Shown here piece after piece: positions 47,405 to 60,426 of a stretch of DNA of 64,000 nt. The stretch comes from Hormiphora californensis (lineage: Eukaryota > Animalia > Ctenophora), in assembly GCA_020137815.1 (NCBI GenBank), contig CM035361.1, positions 5,580,001 to 5,644,000 on the forward strand. The letters are read 5' to 3'. Each line of letters opens with the position of its first letter. The stretch's first letter is position 1. The position numbers and the translations under genes are program-made. The notes beneath the pieces are model-generated. The model searched no databases. It worked only from the letters and a program-made list of their open reading frames with translations, and was not told where the DNA came from.

Positions 47405-50400
47405 TTATAGGCTACTTTCCGCTATCTCCTCTATCTCTTCTTCTTTGACTTTAACAAGTGGTGCTGCAGTAGTCTTCAGAGTGGGGCAGATGAGCCACAT
47501 TCTCCTCACAGAACCTACCAAGAACGCGATGGACGATTTAGCAATGCCCAAGTAGAAGTGTGACTCGTACAGGAAGGGATTGATGACCGAGTTTATCGGG
47601 AGAATCACGATTGAGAAAAATGGATACCAGCTCGTGGCATCGATCTCTTCTGCTAGATGTAGGAATGCCACTATTCCCAAAGGGATCCAGCAAAAGAAAT
47701 CTGTTACGATGATGGCAAATATTTTAGTATGGAGTTCCCGAGAGTTTCTATCAGTACGGCCGGCGTTTCTACCCGACCTGCTCGTTCTGTAGTCGATGAG
47801 AGTGTAACTTATTGCGATGAAGATGAAACAAAGAAAGTTTATCAGCAGGACAGAGCTCGAGAACATCCACTGGGGATCATCTGTCCTTACCAAGTATTTG
47901 AAAATGCAAACACCATCGTTACCATAGAAGTGAACGGTTTCTCCTCTCAGTCTTACCTCTGAAATTAGGTGATATGTTACATGTTTTTATAAATCGACAA
48001 GGAAAATAATCATATTGTGATAGTCAACTGTCTGCTGTATACGCTATATCTAGGGATTTGGAATGTGCCTGATGAAATAATTCAGATTTTCTATATTTAC
48101 CTTCAGATTTAGAGTCCCTTAAAAACATTTTAGCAACAGCCGATCTTATCTCTTCCCAAGATGACTCATTACTCCAAGAACTGGAGTTTTCGCCGAAATA
48201 AACTTTAAAAGCTGCAAAGTGCCGTGGCTTATCGATCGTTCCCAAAAACAACGGCGAGTTTTCATAATACAAGCCGTTAACGAAGTAGTCTTCAAAGTTC
48301 GGTAATATTGGCGTTAATGCAACCATCAGACTTGCGAGTATTGGCCCTCCTGCTAGGATTCCTAATTTCACCGCAGATGTACAGGTTCCACAGTCGTGAA
48401 GGACCATTCTTCCCACTGTGGTGACTCTACTTATTGCCAACATTGTCATTGCGAAGAGTGACAGTTGAGATCCAGTGGTGCTGAGAACTCCAAGAAAAGA
48501 GCACTGCGTAGAACTGTACCATTCGTAACGTTTCTGACAATATTCTCCAGACATCTTGTGGAGCTGGTCAAAGTAGGACACGCCAATGAGATAAAGTCCT
48601 AAGCAAAAGTCTCCAAGGTTAACCAACATTATACCAAGTTGGTTCAGGAACATTTCATATGTTTCTTGGTGGGTTAGTTTCAAACCAGATCTTACTAGAG
48701 AAACTGTGTTCAGCACTGTCGACATGGTTCCCATGATGTAGCTTCCTATCCTGAGGTTATCGTTAGCGAAGATATAAAAGTGGTTTGGTGGGCATTCAGG
48801 CTGGCACTCATCCGAGTAATCTCCACAACTTACTACTCCATTGCACACTTGTGACAAGTTCAGATAAGTATCACTCGAGCTACACTTGAAATTATTTTCA
48901 CAATTGTTCTCGTCAGAACCATCCCCACAGTCGTCTTTAAGGTCACATACTTGATGGTACTGCACACACTTGTTGTTGACACAGGGAAAAATCTGTTGGT
49001 CATACGATGAACTGTTTGCGATTTTCAGTAAAGTTGTAACTGTGTTATCCCAAGTGAGGGCCTGGACACTGTCGCTACGGTTGTCGCAAGTGTCTCCAGG
49101 TACATCGATCAGTGGGCAGTCGGCATCCAGACAAATGTTGTTGCATGCGGCGTAGACATAGTTCTCTCCGAACAGATTTAGACAGCTGATTTTTTCATTT
49201 GGCAGAATAACCATTGTAGGCTTCGTTACATTAAGAACTGTTGGTACGAATCCGGACTTGTGTTCTCTGATCGAGCAGTTGGAAAATGTCTCGTTTCCTT
49301 TAGAGAGGCAATGAGGCAGTATTTTCAGTCCGTTGTATTTTGGAGAGGTGTTATTAACATCGTTCATACCCGAATCGATGACAGCAGCACAAAGATTATT
49401 CTCAAAGAGACAGGTGGGAATCTTGTCACAAAGTTCCGAAAGTCGTATGGATTTTCTTTCTGACGGGCACAACAGAACCCATTCACAGTCTGACTTGGGG
49501 TCTTCGTGGTAGGTAAAATAATCCGAGCCACACTTTTTCCACTGCAATTCATCTGCACCATCGATACAGTCCTTCTGCCCATCCATTACCCATTCTAACG
49601 GTATTGGTAGAGAGATATTCTTTCCCACGTGCTGTGACTGGAATCTTCGAAAACAACTAATGGTAGTGAGATTGCAGTAGGTTTCGTCTATACCAGAGTT
49701 ACAATCAACGTGTCCATCACACCTTTGTCCCTTGTGGATTTCACAGCCCGGCTCAGCTTCAAAACACGCATTATGGTAGTTATCATCACAAAGACCGTAA
49801 GTTCTGATGCCTGTGCAGTATCCCCAGATGGAGATGTTTGTTGGGTATCCCTCTGACAGACACTGCACCGCGACTCTATCAGGATCACTGCAGTTGGTCT
49901 GTTCCTGTTCGAACCTAGATACACATATTTGTTGGTTCTGCCGGAAGCACCGCATACTTTGTTGAATCTTGATAAATCGATGACTCCTCAAACTATAACA
50001 TGTGGTATGGTCGAGTGGTATGGTCCAATTGTAGCACCCTACTTCATCTTCTCCATTGAGACAATCATCCTGGCCATCACACATCCTGTGAGGAGGCACC
50101 CATTTGTCCCCACAATGTACACCATAGTGAACACCGTTACAGTACGACTTACCCTCACAAACGCCAATATCATGATTTATGTAGTCAGATTCAACACTCC
50201 TGCTGTTGCAGTTAACCATGTTCAAGTCTCTGTCACACTTGTAAGATTCTTTGCAGCGAGATTGTTTTTCAATGGAGTTTCCAGAAGCAAAGATACCATT
50301 ATAGTGATGGCACATGTACGTTCCACAAAGGAGAGTTGTTCCGTTCAGCTCCCTGGACACCGAACACCCACCGTGCCCACATGCCTGATATATTCCTGGA

Positions 50401-50764
50401 TCATCTTGACACCGGTGGGTAACTGTAAACCAATAACAACTGCTACGATATAAACTATTAAATCTAGATAATCTTACGGTGTAAAGTTTATCCGACCAGG
50501 GACATTTGAATTTCCATTCCCCGTTTTCTCCGCACTGTTCGTGTATAGGTATCCATTGACTTCAACAGTTGTACAGTTGGACATAGGATTGCTTGGCAAA
50601 TAGTCAGCAGTGGTGTTATTGGTACTCGTTGAGTTTTCAGCCGCACGTCCATATATAATATGGTTATCAGCCATCTTTGTAGTATCAGTAGTTGGTTCTT
50701 CAGCTGCATTTGTATGTGATGTGATATATACCAACCAGATAAGTGTAGCACACAACAAGGCCAT
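47405..50764 (-). CDS. Class A GPCR, GRL101/RXFP-like 7TM with a Cys-rich LDLa ectodomain and no LRRs (about 1059 aa)
   Basis: Exons 50764-50478 (signal peptide MALLCATLIWLVYI..), 50439-48101 and 47958-47405 total 3180 nt in frame. About 6 LDLa-type CDG..DC..G.DE motifs. TM motifs NLGDFCLGLYL, CSFLGVLST, HFYGNDGVC, TDFFCWIP, LPINSVINPFLY. Confidence 0.93.
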
Positions 50765-51149
50765 TTCAGCTCTGCTAGAAGGGGAGAGATGCGGTGTTGT
50801 TACTGATAGCACATCACTGCACTGGCAAGTGCCCCGGGGCCCATCCACCCCCCCCCCTTTCCAAGAAAGAAAGAAAAATGCGAGGGGCCGACAGGCCCCG
50901 AAGCTAGAGAGAGAGAATGAGTGTGCTTGAAGTAGGTACACTAGGGGAAAGAAGCCTCTAAAGTGCACACTCTCCCTTTCACTTCTACAGTGCAGTACCA
51001 TACGAACGCGACGAGACCGGATTTCAGGATCAAATTACACAAGCATGCAGTTGAACTAGAGTTATGAAACTTGGTATCCAGCTTTCCTTTTACTATCACT
51101 GCTGGAATCCAAGTTTATAGACTGATTGAAGCTAAGATGCTGAAACGGT

Positions 51150-51690
51150 AGGGGTGTCAAATTCGGGTATAAAAGTGTCGTCTATATATAGATAGATAGA
51201 TATATATACCACCAAAATCCCGGGAGCTTAGCTCTTGAAAACGGTTAAAGCTATCAAGTTGAAATTTTGTGGAGTCATAGTCCTCGATAGGGTGCGTGTA
51301 ATAGGATATTTTTCGTTTCATACAACCTTAATTAAGACCTAATTATGCCCTAATTAAGTATGCATTTCCCACCTATCTCCAGACTGGGTGGTCGGAGAGA
51401 CTTCTTTTATAGCTTATCCGAACCGGAAACGTCGATTTATGGGGGGTCGTTCCCCGAACAAAAAGTCGTATCTCGCACCCTTCTTAAGTTATGCACATAT
51501 TTATGATTTAATACAATCATTCGCTGTATGGCTAATACTAGAAACTTTGAATTGGTGTTTGACGTAAAAAGATCGAAGTACATATATGCAGCAGATTTAC
51601 CAAAAAAGAGAAACATCATACCAAAAAGAAGAGAAACTAGTACCAAAAACCAATCAAATTGGTTTGGATGAACCGGGGCCCAAAGGCGTC
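51150..51690. mobile_element. HINE/Helitron-like non-autonomous element related to 164-794
   Basis: (GATA)n, aaacggttaaagctatcaagttgaaatt core, shared gtcgatttatggggggtc unit, ccaaaaaccaa..ttggtttgg hairpin. Confidence 0.5.
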
Positions 51691-51699
51691 GGGATGCAA

Positions 51700-54600
51700 A
51701 ATGTTGGTAGGATAAAACATTACTTTTGTAGGAAAATCTCTCGAAGTGCAAACTAAACATACGAACAGCCAGTAATGATTGTCCGAAAATATACAAGGAC
51801 CTTATATCCGCACTTCCTCAACACACGTCAATCAATCTACCCAGACATCCCCGGCGATGGATCTGGAACAATCTGACAATCATCTCCACCTACAGCAGGG
51901 AAATGAAGTCAAATTCGTCACTGCAAATGATGTCTTGACAATCGTCTCATATCGGAAGATCGACAGACTGTATCGAAATACAAAATCAAAATACAATATA
52001 GTGGACGCTCCCTCGACAAATCAGTGCTCTAATTCATCAACCGACACACAGGAGCTCTGTCAGGTTACACTAGCTCCCCTCCTCTGAAAATTCCCTTGAC
52101 TTATTCCACTACTGGATAGTCCCCCCCCACATTCAGAACTCCAATACAAAGTCCCATCCACCCGCTGTGGAATCCAGGAATCCATTCAGCCACACAACAG
52201 ACCCGCGGCAAGAGAACTCACTGCCAAGCAATCTGACGAAACGAACGATCCCCAACCAGAGACCCCGGTTAACCCATCGCCCCGAAGAAAAAGATCCAGA
52301 TGGCGCAACCGGTCCACAAACCACAAAAGAGATCCAGTCTGAAACAAGTCGAATTTGGCAACACCGGACTCGCCTAACCAATTATCTTTGAACCCGCGCA
52401 GCAAACTCATCAAAAAATGAACTGGCGACAAATCCTAAATCACGTCGGACCACAAGAAAACCCTCAAGAAGACTCTGCGAAGCAGCCGACCACACCTTCA
52501 CTGACGTACTCATAGCAAGGATGCTCCTTCTCAAAGACCTAGACTCATCTTGAAGAACTATGGCCCCGCTCAGTTTTGGCCCGATCCATGCTGGAACAGG
52601 TTGACATCAACCGCCGTAAACTTGGAACTAGACCGACTTGAATTGCGTCAAGTGTCACACGGTGGCCTTCAAAAGAACTACTAGCTGGTCAACATGGTGC
52701 AAGATTCTGATCTAACATCCCCCTCCTAATCTCACAAACGTTCTACGAGCCGGAACCATACTACCCCCTCTCGACTCCACCCCACAATACAGCTAGCCAA
52801 AAACCGTTCCTCCTAAAGAAAACCTCAACGGTGAACTAAGAAAGTCTCCGGGCAAAACTTAAGAAATCTTCCAGTAAAACAGCAGAAGATTAGGCCCGAC
52901 GATCACATAACGGTTGGAGAATCCCAGAACCACCAATGGGAACAGACAGGAAGATGTGCCAAACAACCCGCTCAGCCTGAATCCTCTAAAGATATCATAA
53001 TCAAGCTAATGGAGAAGACTTCCTCTCACTGGAAAGAAAGATGGACCGATGGTTCCCCCCCCCGCGGCAAAATGTCGCCAGCGACAACAGGAATCAAGAA
53101 CTGCTCCTAAGAGAGCAGAAACGAATCGAACCCTCCAGAGTCAGTGGAAGACAGCAAAAACTCTTTACAGAATCAGCAACGTTGATCCATAACTTCAACC
53201 ACCACGAACAACCTGAACCCAGCCCTTGAAATTCACCCAAGGACCTCCACAATAACTACCGACCTACCTAATCAACCCCCCATCCGACAACTCCACGGAG
53301 GAGGCAGGGCTCTACTCGACAGCATCAAAGCACAACATCTCTGGCACCCCACTCCAAACAAAACCATCCAGTCCCCACATGAGGCAGCCCCATCGCACCA
53401 ACCACCCACTCAGAGAGGAACCCACAACTGCAATGGAGACCTCGCCTCCAAGCAAAACCAAATGCTCTTATCCCAACGGCGCGTGAAATGGACCCATGAT
53501 AGGACAGCGCTGTTCTCAAATCTTTCTGACATCTGAAAGCACCACAATTAACATCACTATAGGAGGCCAAGACTGAACCCTCAAATCCCAGTGAACTCCC
53601 TCCGAAAAGCTATCCGGGACATCTGCGCGTCGCCCTTGCCATACGTCCTTCACGTAGGCCAAGGAGGGAAACATCCTTAAAAAACTTAAAAGAACAGCAA
53701 CCTATTTCAGCTGAGTATAAGAAATACTAATTCTGTGGTAAAAAGGGCTACTACAAAACAAACCCCCTCTAAGAGCTGCGTATCTCTACCGATACCGGCT
53801 CCCAAACTCCCATCTCTCGATGCCAGCATCAAAAACCTGGAACCTACAAATTAGCAGATTCTTCACAGAACTCAGGCAAAACCCCAGCCCTTCCCTACTC
53901 GGGTATTCACAATAAACAACTGCCAAATAGGTTAACTCACTACAACCAAGTTGCAACAAGACAGTGGGATAGAAAGTATACCAACCGGACATTGTGGTGA
54001 AAAACTCTGGCTAAATCTCAGATTAGGGCTAAACAGAATGACCAATCCTAACACTAAAGAAGAACTCACAATGAAGATTAATTTCTCAATGTTACATACC
54101 CGAAGGCAAACAGTTGCGCCGCTCCACATCGTTTCCTGGAACATTCACGGAATCAGAAGACGTCATCTTTGGGCCGCAAAAAACCCACTGTCATGATTCC
54201 TCGCCCATACTGTGTGTTCCCACGTATTTCCTGCTACAAGAAATCAAAGGGATCTGTTGAAGTTGACGCTACATCTGCCACAAACAAGACAACCGTGCCC
54301 AACCCACGATCTGGCGGACTAACCATCGAGCGCCACTCAACTATAGCAGCACACACTAAACTAATCACACTGACCACGAGTACCTTCTCATAACTAGGCT
54401 TTCCCTGCAAATCAGCCGGGCAGGGAAGGACCTCACCATCTAATGTATACTCGAACTCCCAACCCGAAGCAGTTACAAAAGATGGGCAGTACCATTGAGG
54501 AGAGGGACCACCCTCCCCATGACCGAGCCAACTGCTCCTACTCTCTAAAGGCAAACCGGATCCTATTGCCGTGACATTGCACGCTAGATTGAGTGGAACT

Positions 54601-57600
54601 CAACACGATCCCCACCCCCACCGGCCTCAACACATCTCTGATGACATTCTCTCCAGCGGAGGACCCGTCTTATAAACAACTCCGCACCAGCAAAGATACT
54701 GTCTGCAATGACAGAGGAGCCAAGCTACTTGACTGTCTGTCATCAGCTGAGCTTACCATCCTAAACGGCTGTACAATTGGCGATCTAACAGGACAGTATA
54801 CCTGTCACACGTACAATGGAGCTAGTGTTGTTGATTACATCATTGCCTCTGATAGCATTCGCTGCTCCACCCGATCTCTCAAGGTCAGGCCACTCCTGCC
54901 ACTATCGGACCACTGCCCAATAGAAGTGACGCTTAACACCAAGACGACATTGAAAAGTGCAACAGCCCCAAGGAAGTTTCTAAACCTACCAGACGCTCCT
55001 CGGCGAACCAAATGGAAAGACACTACCGCCCAGCTACTCAAAGAACGGCAAATGAAGGACTCTGATGCTATCTCTGGGTTAATTCGGAAACCTGCAATTG
55101 CCGTGATGATGTGTACACCATGAACCAAAAAATATCAGATCTGCTTGCCGCCAACTCAAAAGCACTGAACCAGCTGTAGACAAGGAAAAGAAGCACAAAA
55201 AACGATACACGAAATCTAAATGGTATGATAAAGAGTGTGACATCCTACGCTTTGAAACCAACCGCCTTGCACGAGCCCAGGGCAAGGGGAAAACTGCTAA
55301 CCCCAGGATCAAAGACCTCTACCACCAGCAGAAACGATTGTATCGTCGAACAATGAGGAACAAGAAGAGCCAGCTCAAGCAAAACTTGAGCAGCAGAATT
55401 CTCTCATCCAAAACATTGAACTGGGACACAATCGAGGAACTGAATTCAGTTCCTCGATTGTGTCCCAGCAATTCGATCAAAAAGAGGAACTCAGCATCTC
55501 TCATATGACCGACTTCCACAGCTTCTTCAATCAGCTTTACTCCAAAAATCAGAACGAGAAAACTGACACCTGGAAAGCTGACATCCATACTAAAATCAAT
55601 CTGCAATCAGACCTGGAAAATGCACTCAACCAACCTATATGCACTAATGATGTCGAAAAGGCTATCAAGGATCTAAAAAGGGGCAAATCGCCAGGCATTG
55701 ATGGAATACCTAACGAACTACTCAAAGAGGCATGTCCCAACACGATACAGCTACTCACACCATCTGTATAACCAATGCCTCGAACACGGCGTGTACCCTT
55801 GGAACACTACGGTTATAACACCTATCCACAAAAAAGGGCCCAAACATGACCCTAACAACTACCGAGCCATTGCTGTAGGGAGCAGTCTGGGGCGTGTCTT
55901 CTCCGCCATCTATCTGGAGCGCCTAGTGAACTTCAGGAAGACTCACTGCCCGGACCCGCCCAACCAACAAGGCTTTGTGAAGGGTGCCCAAACCAGCGAC
56001 CACCTCTTAACACTCCATACTGCCATTCAGAAAGGAATACAGAACAAAGGAAGGCTCTACACTTGCTTTATCGACTTTCGTAAGGCATTTGATGGCCTCA
56101 ACAGAGACGCCCTTCTCCTAAAACTGCTAAACCTTGGAGTTCGTGGGAAGTTCTTCAATGTACTCGACCACATGTACAACAACTCCAAGGCTCGCCTAAA
56201 ACTAACCCAGAAACTCTCTGATCTCATTGACATCCAAATTGGTACAGAACAAGGGCATGTCACAAGTCCAGAGCTTTTCAAGTGTTTCCTCTTGGACCTA
56301 TCCACAATACTCAATGATAAAGACCTAAAATCTGACCCAGTAGCACTAGGAACAGCCCTAGTGACTCACTTGCTCTGGGCTGATGATCTGGTACTTATGT
56401 CAACCTCGGCTAAGGGTCTACAAAAACTCCTCGATTGCCCTCTACCGGTTCTGCTCTGATTGGGATCTTACCGGTTAACACCGAAAAAACGGCTATAATG
56501 GTCTTTTAACCAAGCTGGGAGGAAACTCAAAGAATCCAACGGCTTTCTCTACGGCGACTCACACATCCCATCAACCAAGACCTATCAATATCTCGGTTTG
56601 ACTTTCTCGGTGAATGGTAACCTACGAGAAGCCCAAAAACACTGAGAATCAAGAGCATGCGGAGCATTTTCGCCATAAAAAGAATAGTGGATATCAGATC
56701 AATATCCAAGCAAGCGGCCCTAAAACTATTTGATGCTCTGGTAGCACCTGTAGCAGGGTATGCATCAGCTATCTGGCTGCACGAAACAAGATTTCTCAGA
56801 CATCTATAAACGGGAAGCATGTGAAAACTACATCGAAGGACATCTGGGACGACCAAACAGAAAAATGTCAAACCAGCTTTCTGAGATGGCTACTAGGACT
56901 TCGGAAAACACCACCGCTACCTCCACTCTACGGGGACACTGATAGAGTCCCCCTGGCCGTAAGAAACAGCAAACACCTGCTGGACTTCCACAATAGACTA
57001 TTGTATCATGAGCAACACTCTCGACAACCAAAGCAAGCTAGTCGTACACGGCCTATAACGAACAGAAGCGACTACAGTTGCCCTGGTATCAAAGTGTCCT
57101 AAGGACCTCCGAGATATTCGACTCAACTGCCCACCACCCGCAGAAGACACTTCTCCCCTAACTCCCAACTCGTGCAGGCCCGTATCTCAGATTGGTTTTG
57201 GACCCAATGGGACGATATTCGCCACAGGCAACCGGAAGCTTGAATTCTACAACAGTGTCAAGACCGGACATGGCTTTGAGGATTACCTAGAAAGAAGGAC
57301 GGCACCTGACTTCATCAAGTTAAGAACGAGTACCCACCGCCTAAAAATCGAAACCGGACGCCATAACAAAACTGACAGATCTGAGCGCCCTCTGTGATGA
57401 TTGCTCCTCACCCGAGTCTATACCTCTTCTGCGTGCCCCTCCCTTTCTTCGACCCAATCATCCAAGATGGTGGCACATGCTGAATGAATGCACCCGCACC
57501 AAATCAGCTCGAGACCGCCTAACAGATCAAGACAGAACCTCCCTTCGTGGTCATGTCTTCCCCTCACATATCAATCATCATCTCTCTCACCTAATTCACA

Positions 57601-57762
57601 CCATCATCAACCCATAATACACACACTACCACCGCCCACCATACCTCTCCTCTCAACCCCCCTGAACCCTCTCTCTACCCCTCCTACTCCCACTTTTTTA
57701 TAGTTATATGACAATAATATTATTGTTAAGTACTTTTTAATTTGAATCTTGAATCTTGAATC
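51700..57762 (+). mobile_element. Decayed near-full-length non-LTR retrotransposon (LINE, RTE-X/L2-like); 5' boundary approximate
   Basis: APE motifs IVSWNIHG, ILNG..GD..G.YT..GASVVDY, LSDHCP; RT motifs PGIDGI, YRAIAV, FIDFRKAFD, LWADD; (TTGAATC)3 tail at 57742-57762. Confidence 0.9.
54120..57540 (+). pseudogene. Frameshifted LINE ORF2 (endonuclease plus reverse transcriptase)
   Basis: ORF fragments 54593-55123, 55460-55771, 55698-56459 and 56821-57102 lie in different frames. Confidence 0.88.
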
Positions 57763-58562
57763 TAGTAAGATAGCTAGCGCAGAGGGAGAATTTCATTACC
57801 AAGCAATCCCTTTGGCAGGCAGGACTTCTCTGAGTGGTTTCCCCTGTTGAACCTCCTTGTGGATATCGGTGTACGTCTCCATGATCTCCTCCGGAGTGAT
57901 GTTCCTTCCCTTCCTTCCCTTTCGGGGTAGATGATGGAGTGGCGGAGGAGACGGTGAAGGCGGAGTACAGGCTGGATGTTGAGGTAGGAAAGGAGCCGGA
58001 GACAGGGGAGGTGGCGGAGGTGGTAGGTATTCAGGGACTGCAGGGAAAGGGACAGGAGGAACCGCTAAGTCTTCATCCTCAGGTATTATAGGAGTGGTAG
58101 ATGGTTGGTGAGTGGTGAGAGCGCTTGAATTTCAAGTTTGGAGCTAGGGGACCGGTAAAACAAAACAGGTGCCCCACCGATTCGTCTCCCGTATCCCATA
58201 CCCAATTAGTTGCAGATACCGAATCACTTCACCGATTCGTCTCCCGTGTCCCATACCTAATTAGCTGCAGAAACCGAATCACTTCACCAAGAACACCGGT
58301 GAAATCATCATCACTTCTCCTGCCGCAGTTGAGGAGCTGTTCACTTCCACAACCTGGACCGGCATTTCCAAGAAAGCAACGGAGCTCTCCAAGCGACCTG
58401 ACATTCGAACTGCAATCACCTCTGCGAGGAAATCCAACCTCATCATTTGAATTTTATCGATATCTATCTAGTTTACTGTTTGATTTCAACCCACATTAAA
58501 TGTGTGTTTATACGAGTGTTTATAGCAAGACAATTGGCGGGGAACTCTAGTGATCACGATCT

Positions 58563-58690
58563 GTTTCTGGCTGCTAAAATCTAATTCTGGCTGTTAAAAT
58601 CTATTTCTGGCTGCTAGACCCTATTTCTGGCTGCTTGCAGCCGGAAATAGATTTAGCAGCCAGAAATAGCAGCCAGAAATAGCAGCCAGA
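58563..58690. repeat. Mini-foldback of atttctggctgct units
   Basis: Four forward units followed by five reverse-complement units. Confidence 0.75.
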
Positions 58691-60321
58691 AATAGCAGCC
58701 AGAAATAGACTGTCGAGCAACTGTGCATCTGCCCCTGAGAGGCCACGAGGCGACCGCCAAGTCCAATAGTATTTTCATTGAGATAGCGACGAGATATATA
58801 TCGATAGTATAGATGGAGATGTCTTAGAGAGAGCTAGAGATAGAGCGAGATAGAATCTCTATATCGCTCTATAGAGATCTATACATCGATCTGACATATC
58901 ATCTCTCTCTCTCTCTCTCTCCTCTCTGCTATCTCTTCTCTATATCTAGCGATATTCTACAGCGCAGCTCTATCCTCTCGCCGCCCTTCGTCTTCTGTCT
59001 TCTGGTTGTCTCCCATCTTTTTTGCTCTTTGGGTCGAGTCGTGGCTCTCTTGTTTCGCTTAATTGACCTAAACCTACCCCTCCCAGGGAGCCAAAGACGG
59101 AGAGACAAAGACATCCTCATAAGACGATTATATGTATGGTTAACGAAGCAATCATGTCAAACGTACCGAAGCCCACTCTGAAATTCAGAGAGAGTCAGAG
59201 AGAAATGTAGTATTATGGTGGTATGAAATATGTTGAGATATGGGCGAGTCGTGTGCAATTGTTTCACGTAATTGACGGAGAACCAAAGACATAGGCAGTC
59301 GATAGTTACGGGGGCCCGATGAAGACGCCGTACCAGTCGCCGTACAGTCGCCCGTACCATTGCTTGTGCGCATTACGTTTCACCACCCTTTCATCACCAC
59401 ATACAAAACACATGTGGCGTACGCGCATGTACCTTATTTGTGGTGTAATTGCGATGAAACGTAATGCGTCAAAGCCAATGTTACGGGCGGACTGGTACGG
59501 GGCCAAAAAAAATCTAAATTTAACCGTGCGATCTATTCGAGCCCCCTAATCCCCGTGATACTCATAGAGACGAATATCTGTATGTTAAGAATATGTCAAA
59601 CCGTACCAATTCTACCAGCTCTGAAATTGTGTGCGACACTTGTACAATACGCAACAAATTTACAATCCATGCTAAGACCACATTTTTAGCTACTCCTAAG
59701 AAGAACAAGAGTAACAAAAACTAAGAACCACACCCACCACCAAAGACAAAATGTCTGACCAGATTGACAAACATCAAAACACCCGTGGGGCAGGAACACC
59801 AAAACCGCTCTCTACCTCCAGGCAACATCCCACTGAACTCGCCCGTTATAGCCATAAAGACAGCCTTGAATACCCATTTTTGAACAAACTCCAACGCAAT
59901 AATATCCTAGGTAGTAGACTGAAGGATTACCCGCTCGAATAGAATGCGAGATTAAGGTCAATAGCTCGACCAAGTTAAATCCTTCCTTTTACGACTAGTA
60001 TGCAAATAAGTGTCTATTCGCGGCGAAGAAGAAGATCCAAAGTAAGTCTCATCATGACAAAGGGCAGCGAATCGCGCCGACATCGCTCCTTTGTTCCTCG
60101 GGGAACGGAGAAGATCGAAAGACCCTGACCAAACACTCAAAAGCCTACCCTCGTTGTATATTTCTTGCCACCCCCCCCCCCCCCCCGCTGGCAGCTTCAC
60201 ACGTTAAAATGCAAGTGTTCAAAAATTAACAAATCATTTTCAAAGTAGTGCCCACTTGCACAAATTCATCTTTTATATAGCTCGTAGTTGGCGAATGAAT
60301 TAACCTGGGGGATCCTAGCAG

Positions 60322-60426
60322 CAGGAACCGACCGAATCAGGAAATACTGGTCCCTGATTGGCTGATAACCAGTCACGTGACCTAAATAACGAGTTCTGAT
60401 TGTTTACTTGTGTCGATCGGTTCCTG
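60322..60426. mobile_element. CAGGAACCGACCGA-family MITE
   Basis: Matches the family consensus. Confidence 0.9.

Noticed and set aside
50765-51001. N-terminal 79 aa of ORF 50474..51001, and the read-through tail 48024-48100
   Set aside because: The signal peptide starts at ATG 50764, and the donor at 48100 splices in frame to 47958
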